A stretch of 64,000 nucleotides of DNA from Ophelia neglecta (Eukaryota): NCBI GenBank assembly GCA_965285935.1, contig OZ260661.1, positions 123,132,001-123,196,000 on the forward strand, in the 5' to 3' direction. Under the pieces are notes generated by a model. That model worked only from the letters and a program-made list of their open reading frames with translations. It was not told where the DNA came from and did not search any database. Position numbers and translations under genes: made by a program. Below, piece by piece: positions 36,901 to 49,649 of the stretch (positions are counted from its first letter, which is position 1; the number at the start of each line of letters is the position of its first letter).

Positions 36901-39900
36901 TAGAAAAAACGGTCTGTAAAGCATATTTCTGCCTTTATGTGCCAACAATTGAGGAAGTTCTTTTGTGGATTCAAAATCAAAATAACTTCGCTTGAGAAAC
37001 ACATCTCCCCTTATCATTTTAACTAACTATCTGGTCCTACTAATTCATCATTGAAATTGAGGCCCAGGCTGTAATGCATGCATGCTATACTACACATACA
37101 TAAAGACTGAAACTTGTATGCCAAATGTCAGCTAGCTAACTGCGCACACTACCCCAAGGCTCGCGCTACAGGGCTTCACTATGAGGTATTTCTTGGACAC
37201 TTTTTAACAGTGTTCTTGAATTCTATTCCCTTCCAAAATTATGCAGCCCACATGTACCAGTGAACTGTGTTGGACATTAGTATGAAAAGTTATAATATAT
37301 TATTGTTTTCAACTATTTGTAATCGTTTTGATCGTTACTTCAATATATCAAGATGTGCTATAATGCTTGAAGTAGAATCTTAGTGTATTTTTTATATAGG
37401 TCTTAAGAGTTAAAGATGACAGGGGTAAAGTGTAATTTAGCATGGTAAATATAGGAAACTATGGGCAACGTTTATGATATCTTTATAGTTATTTTAGCAT
37501 GTTTACTTTATCAATAAACTATTGGTTGAACTAGATGAATTATTGTAGTTATCATTTACGCTTATTACGGAGGGATTCATATATTGTATATTTAAAATGT
37601 TATAAGTAAATTGGAAAGTGTACCATTACGTCTGATTTCGCTCAGCTCAAAAAAAAAGAACGAAAATAGATAGGGGATGATTCTACTTTACAACTATGAA
37701 GGAAGTTGGGGCCGGATTTATTTGATAATATAAGGTCCTTGGGGATCAAATAGGGCTTTTATTTATCCCTAAATACTTATAAATTTTTCATTTTCAAAAT
37801 TTGTATATGGAGGTCTGATTACACTCGCAAAATTGGTGTATCGCTCGCCGAGCGTAGCAGGAATTTCTTTGAGATACAATTTTTGTGGCGAAATCGGGCT
37901 TTTGGACATTTTTCATGGTCTTTTATAACTTTCAAACATGAATAGGTGGTGGGGTACCAATGCATTCTTATTAAAATAGAGTTTGAACAGTACATTTAAA
38001 CACTTTTCCCGGATTCCTAAGATGAAAACAACTAGTCGAAAAACAATGCCGGGCAAATCTTGTAGAACCTGAGCGAAATTACCCACTTTTACCCTATAAC
38101 ATGCATTCATTATAGTCTGTGCCTCCATTTCAATTCAAATGATAAGGGATGCGTTCCTCAAACAGTTCACCAAATGACTTGCCTTGAGCTTGGGACAATC
38201 CCTTATTGGTAACCAAGTCCCCAATGGAGGAAGCATAGATTGATTCCATGATGGGTAATTTTATTGTTTAAATGGGTTTAAAGTAGTACACATTGTTATT
38301 TCAATGTACCAGCTTAATAGTGGAGCGTAGTATCGGCCTTTTCGTTAGTCGTGTTACAAGCAGCGTCGCTTCCATTTTTTGGAAATCGGCAACTTATGTA
38401 AAGGTACCGAAAATGGCCGTAACTGTATAGCCATACGCTACAGTTCATAAAGCATACTTTGGCAGTTGCCTACACCAACTTATTGCATAAAGAAAAGGGT
38501 AGTAAGTATGGCTGTAAATGCTGCCCTAGTTCGGATACCTATGTCAAACGATATTTTATTTTTAACTTTCCAAAGAATACAAACGTATTATAGAATATCT
38601 AATGCGATTGATTGGTGATATAACCTTATAATATGTTAAGTGCACGACCCAGTATATTTCCTAATATGACAGTATCGAGAGAAAATATATGGATTTACCT
38701 ACAGCCTTCGATGTATATGGCTGCCATTCATATTGGGCGTTTATTTCAGTTGCAAATGGTTACCGTTGAGTATAACAAGTGCCATAGTTAAAGAGATTTT
38801 GAGAGAGGTCTAAGGTACTGACAGTAAGTAATTTGGAAACCGCGTGAAAACAAAACCCTCAGACGGAGGCAGTACTTGTAGTCTGTGTATCTCAAACTAT
38901 TGAATATTTACCATTGCGAAGGTTATCAATTCTTTGTTTAACTTTTGTTTTGGTAGTATTAATACTTTTTGCATTCACTTGGCACAATTTGTATTTTCGC
39001 ACTACTCTTGTTTCCCAAAACAAGCAGCATTTGTCCACGTTTAATTCAGATTATATATTGAAACAGTTATGGAGTTCATGCCGCATAATCTGTGATAGTA
39101 CCAGATCCTTTCCTGGCCATTGCTGTATCATTTCTTCTTTCACGGCTTCATCTCCCATGGGTTCTAACTTCATGATACTTATTTCGGGTATTGACACGTA
39201 TTTTACCTGATCTGGCAAATGTTATCCGCTTAAGCCGTCAGCTTGTGCATATATTATGGTAAACACATGTAGAGCGGTCCTATAAATATTTTAGCTAAAT
39301 GGAATTTCTTCAGTCTTAAATAAACACTTCATAGGTTAATATTTATCTCATTATATTTATCAATCAGTACTCACAGGATAATAAGGATAGGGCCTACCAA
39401 TATGACTGCACAGTAGATGACATGAAAGATTTATATTGACCTGGCACATATCTAAAATTAGTTTGGAAAACCGAAGTTATGAAAATATGTTGTCTTTATG
39501 TTTGTGAATATGTCAGCTGCTAGCAAGAATCATAGAGCGTATACTTACAAATAATATCCCTCAATACTGCACACGGCACAGCCGACCAGGTTAGTATATG
39601 TCTGACGAATGTTCCCCAATCTTCCAGCCCTCTGCGGTAGCATCCTTAATGACTTCTTAATTACTGATTACTGTTATAGCCTTAATCCTGCTTAGGTTTA
39701 ATATTTATGATTTGTTTACCGTAATCTGTATTGTATATTTTTGGTGGTTAGGCCCAACTCTCACTATTTATATCGTTGATCATGAATGGTGGTGATTATT
39801 AATGCGTTTGGAAGAAATGTACTTAGGGTTAATATGTAAAGCTATTATTTTTCTTTTCACATTAATATGAAAAAAGGGATAATGACATTCATCCCTACTC

Positions 39901-41939
39901 TACGGCTATTTCACGGTTTTCGTAAGCCATTTTCATATGCCTCTCTCGGGGTACTATACAAACGTTATCCAGAATGTAGTGTGCTAGTTTTGTGTTCCTG
40001 TGTACCAGTTGCCATCTGAATAACCTATAAGTGACACATCACGTATTTCGAGTTCTACGAGAGAGATTAAAAAGACAGAAATTTGTTTAAAAAAGTTGCA
40101 AAGTTTACATTTTTATTTCTAACTGCATATGTTAAAGACTGAGATAATCAACTAGACATTATACGCTTCTAATAACTTTTTTCCATGGAAGCATACGTAA
40201 AACATTATCTAGATAACTCTCAATATCATATTGTTACAGTTGTTAAGTGGTATATTACAAATCAGAGAAATTAGTCAAGCTACAAAAGGTTACAGACTGG
40301 CTACAAATACGTTACAACTAGTTTCAAATCATCATACAAATGGGTAAAATGTTTGGAAACCAGCACACACATCGGATGAAATCGAGTACTCTACGGAAAC
40401 TAACGTCACCGGGCATGCACATTATTTAGTCTCAGGATTTCTTCGATGGAGGCAGGATCCCGCAAACCAAATATTAAATACTTTAATCAATTTTATTTTA
40501 GAGAATGTTTAACTGGATCAATTGAACAGTAAATCTAATAAAGTCTATAGGTCCTGTAATTTGTGTGTGTTAAGGCCGGGATTTGTTTTAACGATGTTTG
40601 GAAGATTTTTAGTTTACAAAGGTGGATAACTATCATGCTTTACAAACGTTATTGTAGCAGGATGAATTTTCTTTAAATGCTGATCCCAATGCTTCGTGTT
40701 CGGATGATGGGAATACAGGTGCCACGGTAGAGGGGTCGTGCCTTCAAGGATCACAAGACGGAAAGTATTGAACTAAACTGTTGCAATATGTCGGAATTGA
40801 TTAGATACAGTTTTATTGTACTTTTGCTTCTGGGCCTTGTACAAAAATATTTCTATAAAACAATTGTATATTGCTTCCGGTTGACACTTTACATAACGAT
40901 TAAGGTTTAGTTTAATAATAGATTTATAAATCGACAACACTTTGATTTAATGATATATGAACGGATTCTATTCCCAGCGAGCATAGCCCACTGCACTAGC
41001 AGCCGCCTACCGCCACCACCCCCGGGAACCACCCACAATCGCCCACAATATGGGCAGTACACGGGGGCCGCAGCAGATAACGACAGCCTGCGACCCGACT
41101 GGCCATCATCACATACCACTAGTATAACATAGGAGCGATACCAAACCTAGATGTTCAACAATATTTATAACCCTATTGAATGCCTTCTACACAACAATTT
41201 TGTCATCCCTATTATAAGAGTTTACCAGTTCAATATAAAAACCTTTAATTATCATTGTGACGACTATGCTTTATACTAGTTTCTTCTTTGATGTCTGTAA
41301 GGAGGGTAGGTTGCAGCAAAATGTACCTCATTTCAATCACTTCTACATTCAAGGTGTTTTAAGAGAACAAGCAGTGTCGTAGAGTCCAACCAATCCCCTG
41401 ACTTCTACATTCATTTATTATAAGATTATGTTCACGACATCTTAATTTTGCTTAAGCTTAATAAGGCATAATTACTGTTGCACTTTCTTACTTTCAGTAA
41501 CTTGAGCTTTTTCAAATTATTTGTAATTTTCTCCTCTGCTTATTCGAAATATATTTAGCATATGCGTAACCTGAAATCTGGCCTGATCCCAATCAGAGTC
41601 CCACCATTCAGCTCCCAGCTGCCGTCGGTCCCATTTATGTACAATAAGTCTCTTGAGTTTCGCTGAGTTTTTTATTGCCGTAGTTGATATATTAACACTC
41701 ATCTAAATCTCATTGTTCAAGTGCCTCAGTGTATGCAGGACCTACATCGCTAGGGTTGAGTCTTAATTTATCACTTACACCTGAGCTTATGTGGGTTGCT
41801 ACACATATTTTAACATTTGCTGAAATACACTTTGACTATTATTTAGTAGTCCTGGCACACAATACAATTCAAACGAAGTAGGGGAATGATCAGATTCGCT
41901 GCGTTTTAATGCATCTAAGCAAATAAAACCAACAACAGG

Positions 41940-42580
41940 CCTATTAGCCCTTGAATTTAGATTTGAACGTTGTCTGTCCTTTGTAGACCTATTCGCGGGC
42001 TAGTGCCCATTCTGTCTTAAGTCTGAATTTTCATCCCATACATACTTTTCATGGCCGTATATGAGCTTATCACATTGCAAATATGACTTCACAGTGGGTA
42101 GGTCACTCTTAAACTGCAACAATATATGTGGCGCCAACTTTCTCCTAACATCTTTCACCCTTTTGGTCAGATCCTCAACAAATTGTACAGGACGTTTTAC
42201 CCCACCATATTCCTTTCATTCGTTATGCATACTTCTAACAACATCCAGCACATCTTGTTTTGCTTTGAAGAAGGCGAACTTGACGATGACAGGTCACGCC
42301 TCATAAGAATTACCTCCAGTGTGAAAGGAGTTGCCCTGAGAATTAGTTGAAGCATCCTCCCCATTAATCTTGTTACTGTTTGGTATTCTTCGAGGCCTGC
42401 CCACGTTCGCTGTCACCTGTCTGAATTCGTCCTAATCCTAGCATGTTTCTAATTATCCTCCTAGTTTTTTTCTTCTTTCTCCTCCAATGTTTCTAGTTTC
42501 CTCTCTGGAATACCTCTGATGATCAGATTATTTAGCCACGAATGGGATTCGAGGGTATCATACTTAGTTTGCATAGTTTC
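41940..42580 (-). mobile_element. Decayed LINE ORF1 fragment (L1/CR1-type RRM), copy A
   Basis: LESHSWLNNLIIRGIPE, IVKFAFFKAKQDVL, FVEDLTKRVKDVRRKL and YLQCDKL, with frameshifts. Confidence 0.75.
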
Positions 42581-43970
42581 CATATTTTGTTAACAGTATT
42601 TTTATGTGCTTTATTCGCCTCCCGTAGCTCAAAAACTTCGTTTTCTAACCAAGATAAACTGTTACTTATCCTATCACCGTTCGTACTGCTGTTGCCCTAA
42701 TTGGAATGAGACAGGGTGAGAGAGGTGAGCCTCTTGTACACGCCAGCTTCCCTATCAGCTCCACGTCCTCTTTGCAGTCCTTGTCCGGGCCCGGGGTTAG
42801 TCTCCACAACTCCAATCACTGTCCTATGTAACTATAGTTACACATAGGTAGCAGCCGACAGGTGCCTCGCCTGGTACGCAAGGCGCCTCGAGTACCTGTG
42901 AACGGTTGTTGGAATCTTTAGCCAGTCCTGAGAAGATATTGCGATATGCATTTTGAGGAACATATCATAAAATGTATACAAACTTCTATCACTAATCAAT
43001 GCATTTTCTTATTTAACACCCATTACTCACTACCCATTGGAGAAGATTTATTTTGAAGAATCTAGCAAAATTTTAATATAAAAATCCTATACTACTGGTA
43101 CATTATTTTGTTAGTTTGGCCTTAGAAACATCTCCCCCTCCAAACCCTTAAATAATGACCACTCCCCAACACCTGGATGCCTACATGTCAAATATTATGG
43201 TAAAATTATGGATTGTCATATTTTGGCTTTCTTCCTCTTCTTGTTCTCCTTTCTGTAAATGAGACATATTCTGTCACATTACTAGAATCTTGTCTTTTGT
43301 TTTCTTTTCGTTTTCTTTTTTCCCCATGATTAGAGTTTTACGAGTTTTCTTATATAATAAAAGATAGCATAGTTTTATACATGGATAGCAAACAAAAATC
43401 TAGCCTGTAACACTCCGAAACAAAGTAAAAATATCAATACTATAGAGTGACATATCGGTTTCATAACGGTTACAAAGCTTACAAATGTTTTGTAGCTTTG
43501 TCCACGTGACATTTCCTGAGTTCTAATGACTTTGTTTAAGCCTCCAACACTAAATAAAGTTTCTACGTTACCGCGAACTCTTGTTACAATAATTGTAAAG
43601 CGGTTGGGGATAGTACTCCATATTTGTGCTAGAATAAATATAGTTTATTGTATCAATAAAGTAATTTCTATTATTGTGTTATTATTTAAAACTCTTTGAA
43701 ACATCACCTTGTAATTCTCCAGTATGTTTTGTATGCTATATGCCATCTAGATGACTGCATGTTATTTTGGAACGCTCTGTAGTGGTCAGCTGCAGCGAAA
43801 TTTGTAACCAGCTGTAGACACTTATAAGGCATATGTTAATGATCACATGATCATGTTCAGCCAAGTGTGCCAGACATAGTCTGGGTTGGTCCTTTTCAGC
43901 CTGACCCTCCAGAGAGAAGGTAGTACATTTTGCCCACCTCCTCCCCTGCTCCACCTGTCTTGTATTTTTT

Positions 43971-44081
43971 TTTCGACATTTCTGATGACATATTATTCTA
44001 GTTTAATTTATATTAATTTGCATTTTTGTTTCGACATTGCTGATGACATATTATTCTAGTTTAATTTATATTAATTTGCAA
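43971..44081 (+). repeat. Two-copy tandem repeat of about 59 bp
   Basis: tttcgacatt.ctgatgacatattattctagtttaatttatattaatttgca occurs twice. Confidence 0.85.
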
Positions 44082-45611
44082 GTGCATGTATGTTGTTCAA
44101 AACACTATTATCTACTCATTTGCAGTAAAATTGTGCATTTATTAATGTTCTTCTGTAAATGATATTACCAATACTCTTATGTGGTGGGTAAGTTCCCCCA
44201 CCTTTGTGAATTTAAGACTTGTTATATTTCCAATATAACCATATTCAACACAGTCACGGCTTTGTTTTCATTCACAAATGTAACTGCGTCGCTCGGTAAC
44301 ACATAGGAATAGAAAGATATTTACTCACTGTTTTCGAGCGCGGATCCTTTAGACCCTGCTTTCTGTCTATTGCGCATGCGCCCTTCACACAACTTCATCC
44401 GCTTTGCGATCTCGCTAAAGATTTTTGCACACAATTGTAAATATATGTTACTGCAAATATATATGATTGCAAATTTAATCATATACATCATACAATTCTT
44501 GGCGGGCCATCTACATTATTCATTATTAAAGTTTCATGAACAAAGCACTGTGGCGCGACACAGCGAATCTTTCTACAAATACGGCAACAAAATTGAAAAT
44601 ATTGAGGCGCCTAAATAAATATTCAACCTTGAAGAGATAACTTTAAGAAGGAGATTCAAGGACATTAACCCGCAACAATGATTTGTGGGTAATAAAGTTC
44701 AATGGTAGAACAAAGAAAAGAGATCGTAAAGAAGAAAGAGATTGCAAGAGACTACAATAAATATGTAGAAGCAGACTACTTAGGTAAAATTTGTCATTTT
44801 ACTACCATGTTTATTAGACATGTTATTTTTTAATTAAACCTCTTGCACATGAATAGGTGCAGATTTTGTTCAAATGCATTGGCGATTTACGGTGGAATCT
44901 AGTTTGGTATCAAAAAAGAAAAATACCAAGCGTTTCGATTTTTGCTCACTGAAAAATGACCAGAGAGTGAAATTGTGCGATAGGGCGACCGGAAGGGACT
45001 ACACATTTGACATTCGTCAACACCGGAAGTAGTGGGCCGCGCACCTGACCACCAGGAGAGAGGTCCAAACTTTGACCTTTTTGTGACATTATTTTAGCTT
45101 TGACCCGGCCTCTCCGTGCTGACGCGAAATAGAGCTGTGAGATTTATATGCAAATTTTCTAGGACACGGCGATTTGGCGATGTGACCAACTGGTACAGGT
45201 CGGACCAGTACTATTCGGGATACTACACTCAGATAGTTTCACCATCGGGACGCCATTTTTCCGCCGCCATATAACCGAATGACATCCGGTTTATCTCAAA
45301 ATCATCTATAGGGCAGGGTCTTCCTTTCATGCGCGGACTGAGGAACTGTGATCATTTAAAATTTAGATTATTAATTTTTCCTCGATTATTTTTTATTCCT
45401 CCCAGACAATAAAAGTCCTACCTTAACTACCCCTGTCGGCCGTTCAATTTCGTGAGTATGCTTGTCTGTAATACTCTATTCCTAATTATTCCGATACCTC
45501 ACGTAGCACAATGGATCGGAATGAGCTGTAGGAGCCAGTGAGCATGCACGAGCATGCATGAGCAACAGGGAAGGGCGGGGGGGGGGGGGGGGGGGCGTTT
45601 GAGGTGGGTTT

Positions 45612-46839
45612 GGGGTGGAGGTTGAGGGTAGTGGTGGGAATGTGACATGTAGTATAATATCATCCATGGTAATATCGACCAACATGGGATGGGGGTCTGG
45701 GATGTGGGGGTGGAGGTTGAGGGTAGTGGTGGGGATTTGACATGTGGTATAATATCTTCCATGGTAATATCGACCAACATGGGATGGGGGTCTGGGATGT
45801 GGGTGTGGAGGTTGAGGGTAGTGGTGGGGATTTGACATGTAGTATAATATCTTCCATGGTAATATCGACCAACATGGGATGGGGGTCTGGGATGTGGGGG
45901 TGGAGGTTGAGGGTAGTGGTGGGGATTTGACATGTGGTATAATATCTTCCATGGTAATATCGACCAACATGGGATGGGGGTCTGGGATGTGGGGGTGGAG
46001 GTTGAGGGTAGTGGTGGGGATTTGACATGTGGTATAATATCTTCCATGGTAATATCGACCAACATGGGATGGGGGTCTGGGATGTGGGGGTGGAGGTTGA
46101 GGGTAATGGTGGGGATTTGACATGTGGTATAATATCTTCCATGGTAATATCGACCAACATGGGATGGGGGTCTGGGATGTGGGGGTGGAGGTTGAGGGTA
46201 GTGGTGGGGATTTGACATGTGGTATAATATCTTCCATGGTAATATCGACCAACATGGGATGGGGGTCTGGGATGTGGGGGTGGAGGTTGAGGGTAGTGGT
46301 GGGGATTTGACATGTGGTATAATATCTTCCATGGTAATATCGACCAACATGGGATGGGGGTCTGGGATGTGGGGGTGGAGGTTGAGGGTAGTGGTGGGGA
46401 TTTGACATGTGGTATAATATCTTCCATGGTAATATCGACCAACATGGGATGGGGGTCTGGGATGTGGGGGTGGAGGTTGAGGGTAGTGGTGGGGATTTGA
46501 CATGTGGTATAATATCTTCCATGGTAATATCGACCAACATGGGATGGGGGTCTGGGATGTGGGGGTGGAGGTTGAGGGTAGTGGTGGGGATTTGACATGT
46601 GGTATAATATCTTCCATGGTAATATCGACCAACATGGGATGGGGGTCTGGGATGTGGGGGTGGAGGTTGAGGGTAGTGGTGGGGATTTGACATGTAGTAT
46701 AATATCATCCATGGTAATATCGACCAACATGGGATGGGGGTCTGGGATGTGGGGGTGGAGGTTGAGGGTAGTGGTGGGGATTTTACATGTAGTATAATAT
46801 CTTCCATGGTAATATCGAGGAACATGGGATGGGGTCTGG
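45612..46839 (+). repeat. G-rich minisatellite, 95-bp unit, about 13 near-identical copies
   Basis: Unit GGGGGTGGAGGTTGAGGGTAGTGGTGGGGATTTGACATGTGGTATAATATCTTCCATGGTAATATCGACCAACATGGGATGGGGGTCTGGGATGT; repeated ORFs start every 95 bp. Confidence 0.98.
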
Positions 46840-46902
46840 CGGTACACAGTATATAGGAGTCGAACATGTACTTGATCTATCATGACACCGGAAGTACGTT
46901 AA

Positions 46903-47305
46903 GGCAACAAAATTGACAGTGTTGAAACGCCTATATATATGTTCAACCTTGAAAACATAAAAATAAGTTCATTCAATGACACTGACCCGTAACAATGATT
47001 TGTGGGTAATAACGTTCAATGATAGAACAAAGAAAAGATATCGTAAAGAAGGAAGAGATGACAGGAGACTACAATAAATAAGTAGAAGCAGATTACTTAG
47101 GTAAAATTTATCATTTTACTACCATGTTTATTAGACAAGCAAGCTTGGGATTTAGGTATGTTTATTGCAGTCTTAGAACTAGTACTGATCATGTTATTTT
47201 TAATTAAGCCTGTTACTCACGATTTAGTGTAGACTTTGTTCACAAACATCGGCTATTTACGGTGGAATCTAATTTGATATCCAAAAAGAAAAAACCTAGC
47301 GTTTC
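46903..47305 (+). repeat. Local diverged direct duplicate of 44583-44940
   Basis: Both begin ggcaacaaaattga and end near aaaaa.acc.agcgtttc; a single copy is present in duplication copy B (~58420-58825). Confidence 0.8.
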
Positions 47306-48480
47306 AATTGTTTTCATGTTGACCTTTATAACTGTAATTAGAGACATGTTTAAAGTATAGTTTTACCTGGTATTACCATCCATACCTCGATTTACTTGAT
47401 ACAGCCGTTTATAAATATTAAAGTAGAAGCATCTTAGAACACGGTCAAATATGTGTTTGCTATTTCGCTTGTACATCTTGTACATAGCCATTAGAGTAAT
47501 AGTATCATATATAGGTGATTTTCCTGCAGCGACTTTCATACAAATTGATTTTACATATCAGGCTGCATGATCTGACCCAGCGCCGACATCCCTGTATTAA
47601 TACTAATAATAATTATAAGTAGTGGTACAGAGATGTTGGCACTGCAAGTTAGTTTATATAACACGTGATAAGCCGGCTTGTTTACTGTCTGATTGATGAA
47701 GCTCTGTGCAGATTTGTGCCCGAGCGTCACCGTGAGCAGTGAGCACGTGTTAGCCTTGCATGAAGAAATAAAAAGGACAAAATTATGGTTTAGATAGCAA
47801 ATGACTACGTTATACATGACTACAGACCGACTGGTATGGTCCATTGTAACTGATGTGAAAAATACCGAATCCTATATTTGTGTCTATGGAGTTATTATGG
47901 TAAACAAACGCCAATATGTAAATTTATTGTCAGGTTTGGGTTAGCATATATATAGTTAACTTTTATTCTGAAGCCCAGACGAAGGGCGTACGTACTAGTA
48001 TGTGTTATCTCCTAGTATGTGTGTTATTTACTGGCGTGTGTATATTTTCCTAAATAAAAAATAACCAATTTTATCAGCCAGTGACATTTTTTTGCATTTC
48101 CACATGAGGAAAATCACCTCGAAAAATTGTATCGTGCAGAACAGGAAAATAAAAATGCTTATGTTTAGAAAGCTTAGAAAAAAAACTTTCCCTATTGAGT
48201 GCTGTTTGTTTTACTGGTTTGCCTGCTATGTTCAGGGCATGTGACGCGCCACTGAAAAAAAAACCACTTATAAAACCTTTGAAGTTGAAAAATAAAAAAT
48301 ATATGGACCGTTCTTGAGTGTTAATCATAGGAATGTTCTAAAACTTAATATAGTTTAACCTAACCCCCCCCCCCCCCGCCAAATGTACGTAAATTGTGTT
48401 TAAACATCAACGTGTCACATTTCCAACTATAATTCATTTAAAAAGTAGATACCAGAACACTTAACGTCCAGTAGGCTGTG

Positions 48481-48488
48481 TATAAATA
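48481..48488 (+). promoter_or_regulatory. TATA box of the peptide/EF-hand gene
   Basis: TATAAATA about 30 bp upstream of an Inr-like TCATT (48513) and 58 bp upstream of the ATG. Confidence 0.65.
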
Positions 48489-48538
48489 CCGGAGCTTGAC
48501 ATCCAATTCGGTCATTAGAGCCATCTCTGCCGAACAAG

Positions 48539-49242
48539 ATGATACGGTTTCATTTGATGTTGGCCTTTATTTTGGCTTTTGTCGCTGTGGAGGTGGTCGC
48601 CTGGTTCGGCCCGATAACGACTACCATCAGAATCGGGCTAGGCGCCCGAAAAGTTATCAAATGGGGCAGAAAACGACGTAGAGACTCAGCATTGCCTATC
48701 CCATTTCACGGGGCAGATTACTTGTCAGGACATCTGGGCACGACCTTGAACATAATAGACGTGGATGAGAAGGTCAACGAGGAAGTGGTGGAAAGGCTGG
48801 TCAATGACATGTACCGCAGACAGCAGACGGGCGAAGACGAGGACGCCGCGGAAATGTCGCATATTTCCGGGGAGATTCTTTTCCTGTTGTGTAATGCAAA
48901 CGAGGACGAGCATATCGACTTCAATGAGTTCAAGAAATGTTTCCGAGGAACAAACGTCCCTGTGTCCCGACAGCAGTATCAGGTGTTTGATAAAGACGGT
49001 AAGAGTTGCAGATTTACGCATCATTTAATAGGCGCTATAAACAACTGTTTTCCGCGGAATTAGGCTATTTCCTGCTACTTACTGTTCAGTCATTTAAAAA
49101 CCGTAACCCTCTTATATTGACCATACAGAGAAAAACGCATACATTTATTTGAACATTTCTTTTTTTCACAGATGATGGTGTTTTAGGTCCTGAAGAGGTT
49201 GTCAATTATGATTTCCTGCTCAAGATACGTGGTACGGATTGA
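48539..49242 (+). CDS. Secreted precursor: signal peptide, cationic peptide, GRKRRR site, acidic spacer, two EF-hands (176 aa)
   Basis: Exons 48539-48998 (G/gtaaga) and 49172-49242 (ttcacag/), phase 1. Splicing completes the second EF loop DKDDDGVLGPEE; the first loop NANEDEHIDFNE is bracketed by two Cys. Confidence 0.88.
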
Positions 49243-49649
49243 CTAACTGATTTACTTTAATTCAAGCAGCATTTCGAGAGGTAGCATTTATGTTTTCTGG
49301 CACTCACGGCATATAAAATACCGTTCTAAATATAATTATTACAATGACCCGTAAATTCCACACCGAGGGGAAGGGGGGAGGTGTTAGTCGAAAGTTGGCG
49401 CCCCTTACCCCCAAGAATCTTCTCCTGAACAGCGGGGCGCGGAGCCTGGCGGGGGTAAATCACTAGCCCTATATATATAAACCTGCCCCTTACCCTATCC
49501 CTAACCCTAAACACCCAGCCCTAGCCTTAGCCTAGTCATATTTTGCTTTACGCCACTCACATATAATACCCATAACCTCCACCTCTGCCGAGCCTCCGCC
49601 TTTAATCAATAGCCGAATATATATGCGAGACACGTGCTTTTCTCTTGGC

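Larger units (their letters stand above)
37270..47872 (+). repeat. Segmental duplication, copy A
   Basis: Colinear and highly similar to 52805-64000 apart from copy-specific blocks (A only: ~39366-40559, ~43645-44317, ~44945-46900). Confidence 0.93.

Noticed and set aside
38914-39210. Signal-anchor-like ORF (also 54362-54736)
   Set aside because: Starts at TTG with no splice support; more likely the antisense shadow of the minus-strand relic, and conserved only because of the segmental duplication.
45612-46839. CRISPR-like array
   Set aside because: Units are contiguous and near-identical with no unique spacers; eukaryotic context and no cas genes.
45482-46883. Three long Pro/His-rich ORFs (378-461 aa) and many 62-aa ORFs
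   Set aside because: Artefact of a 95-bp tandem unit with no minus-strand stops; the same peptide cycles through all three frames.
49488-49535. Telomere-like CCCTAACCCTAA
   Set aside because: Only about two perfect units within a degenerate tract; common in invertebrate interspersed repeats.
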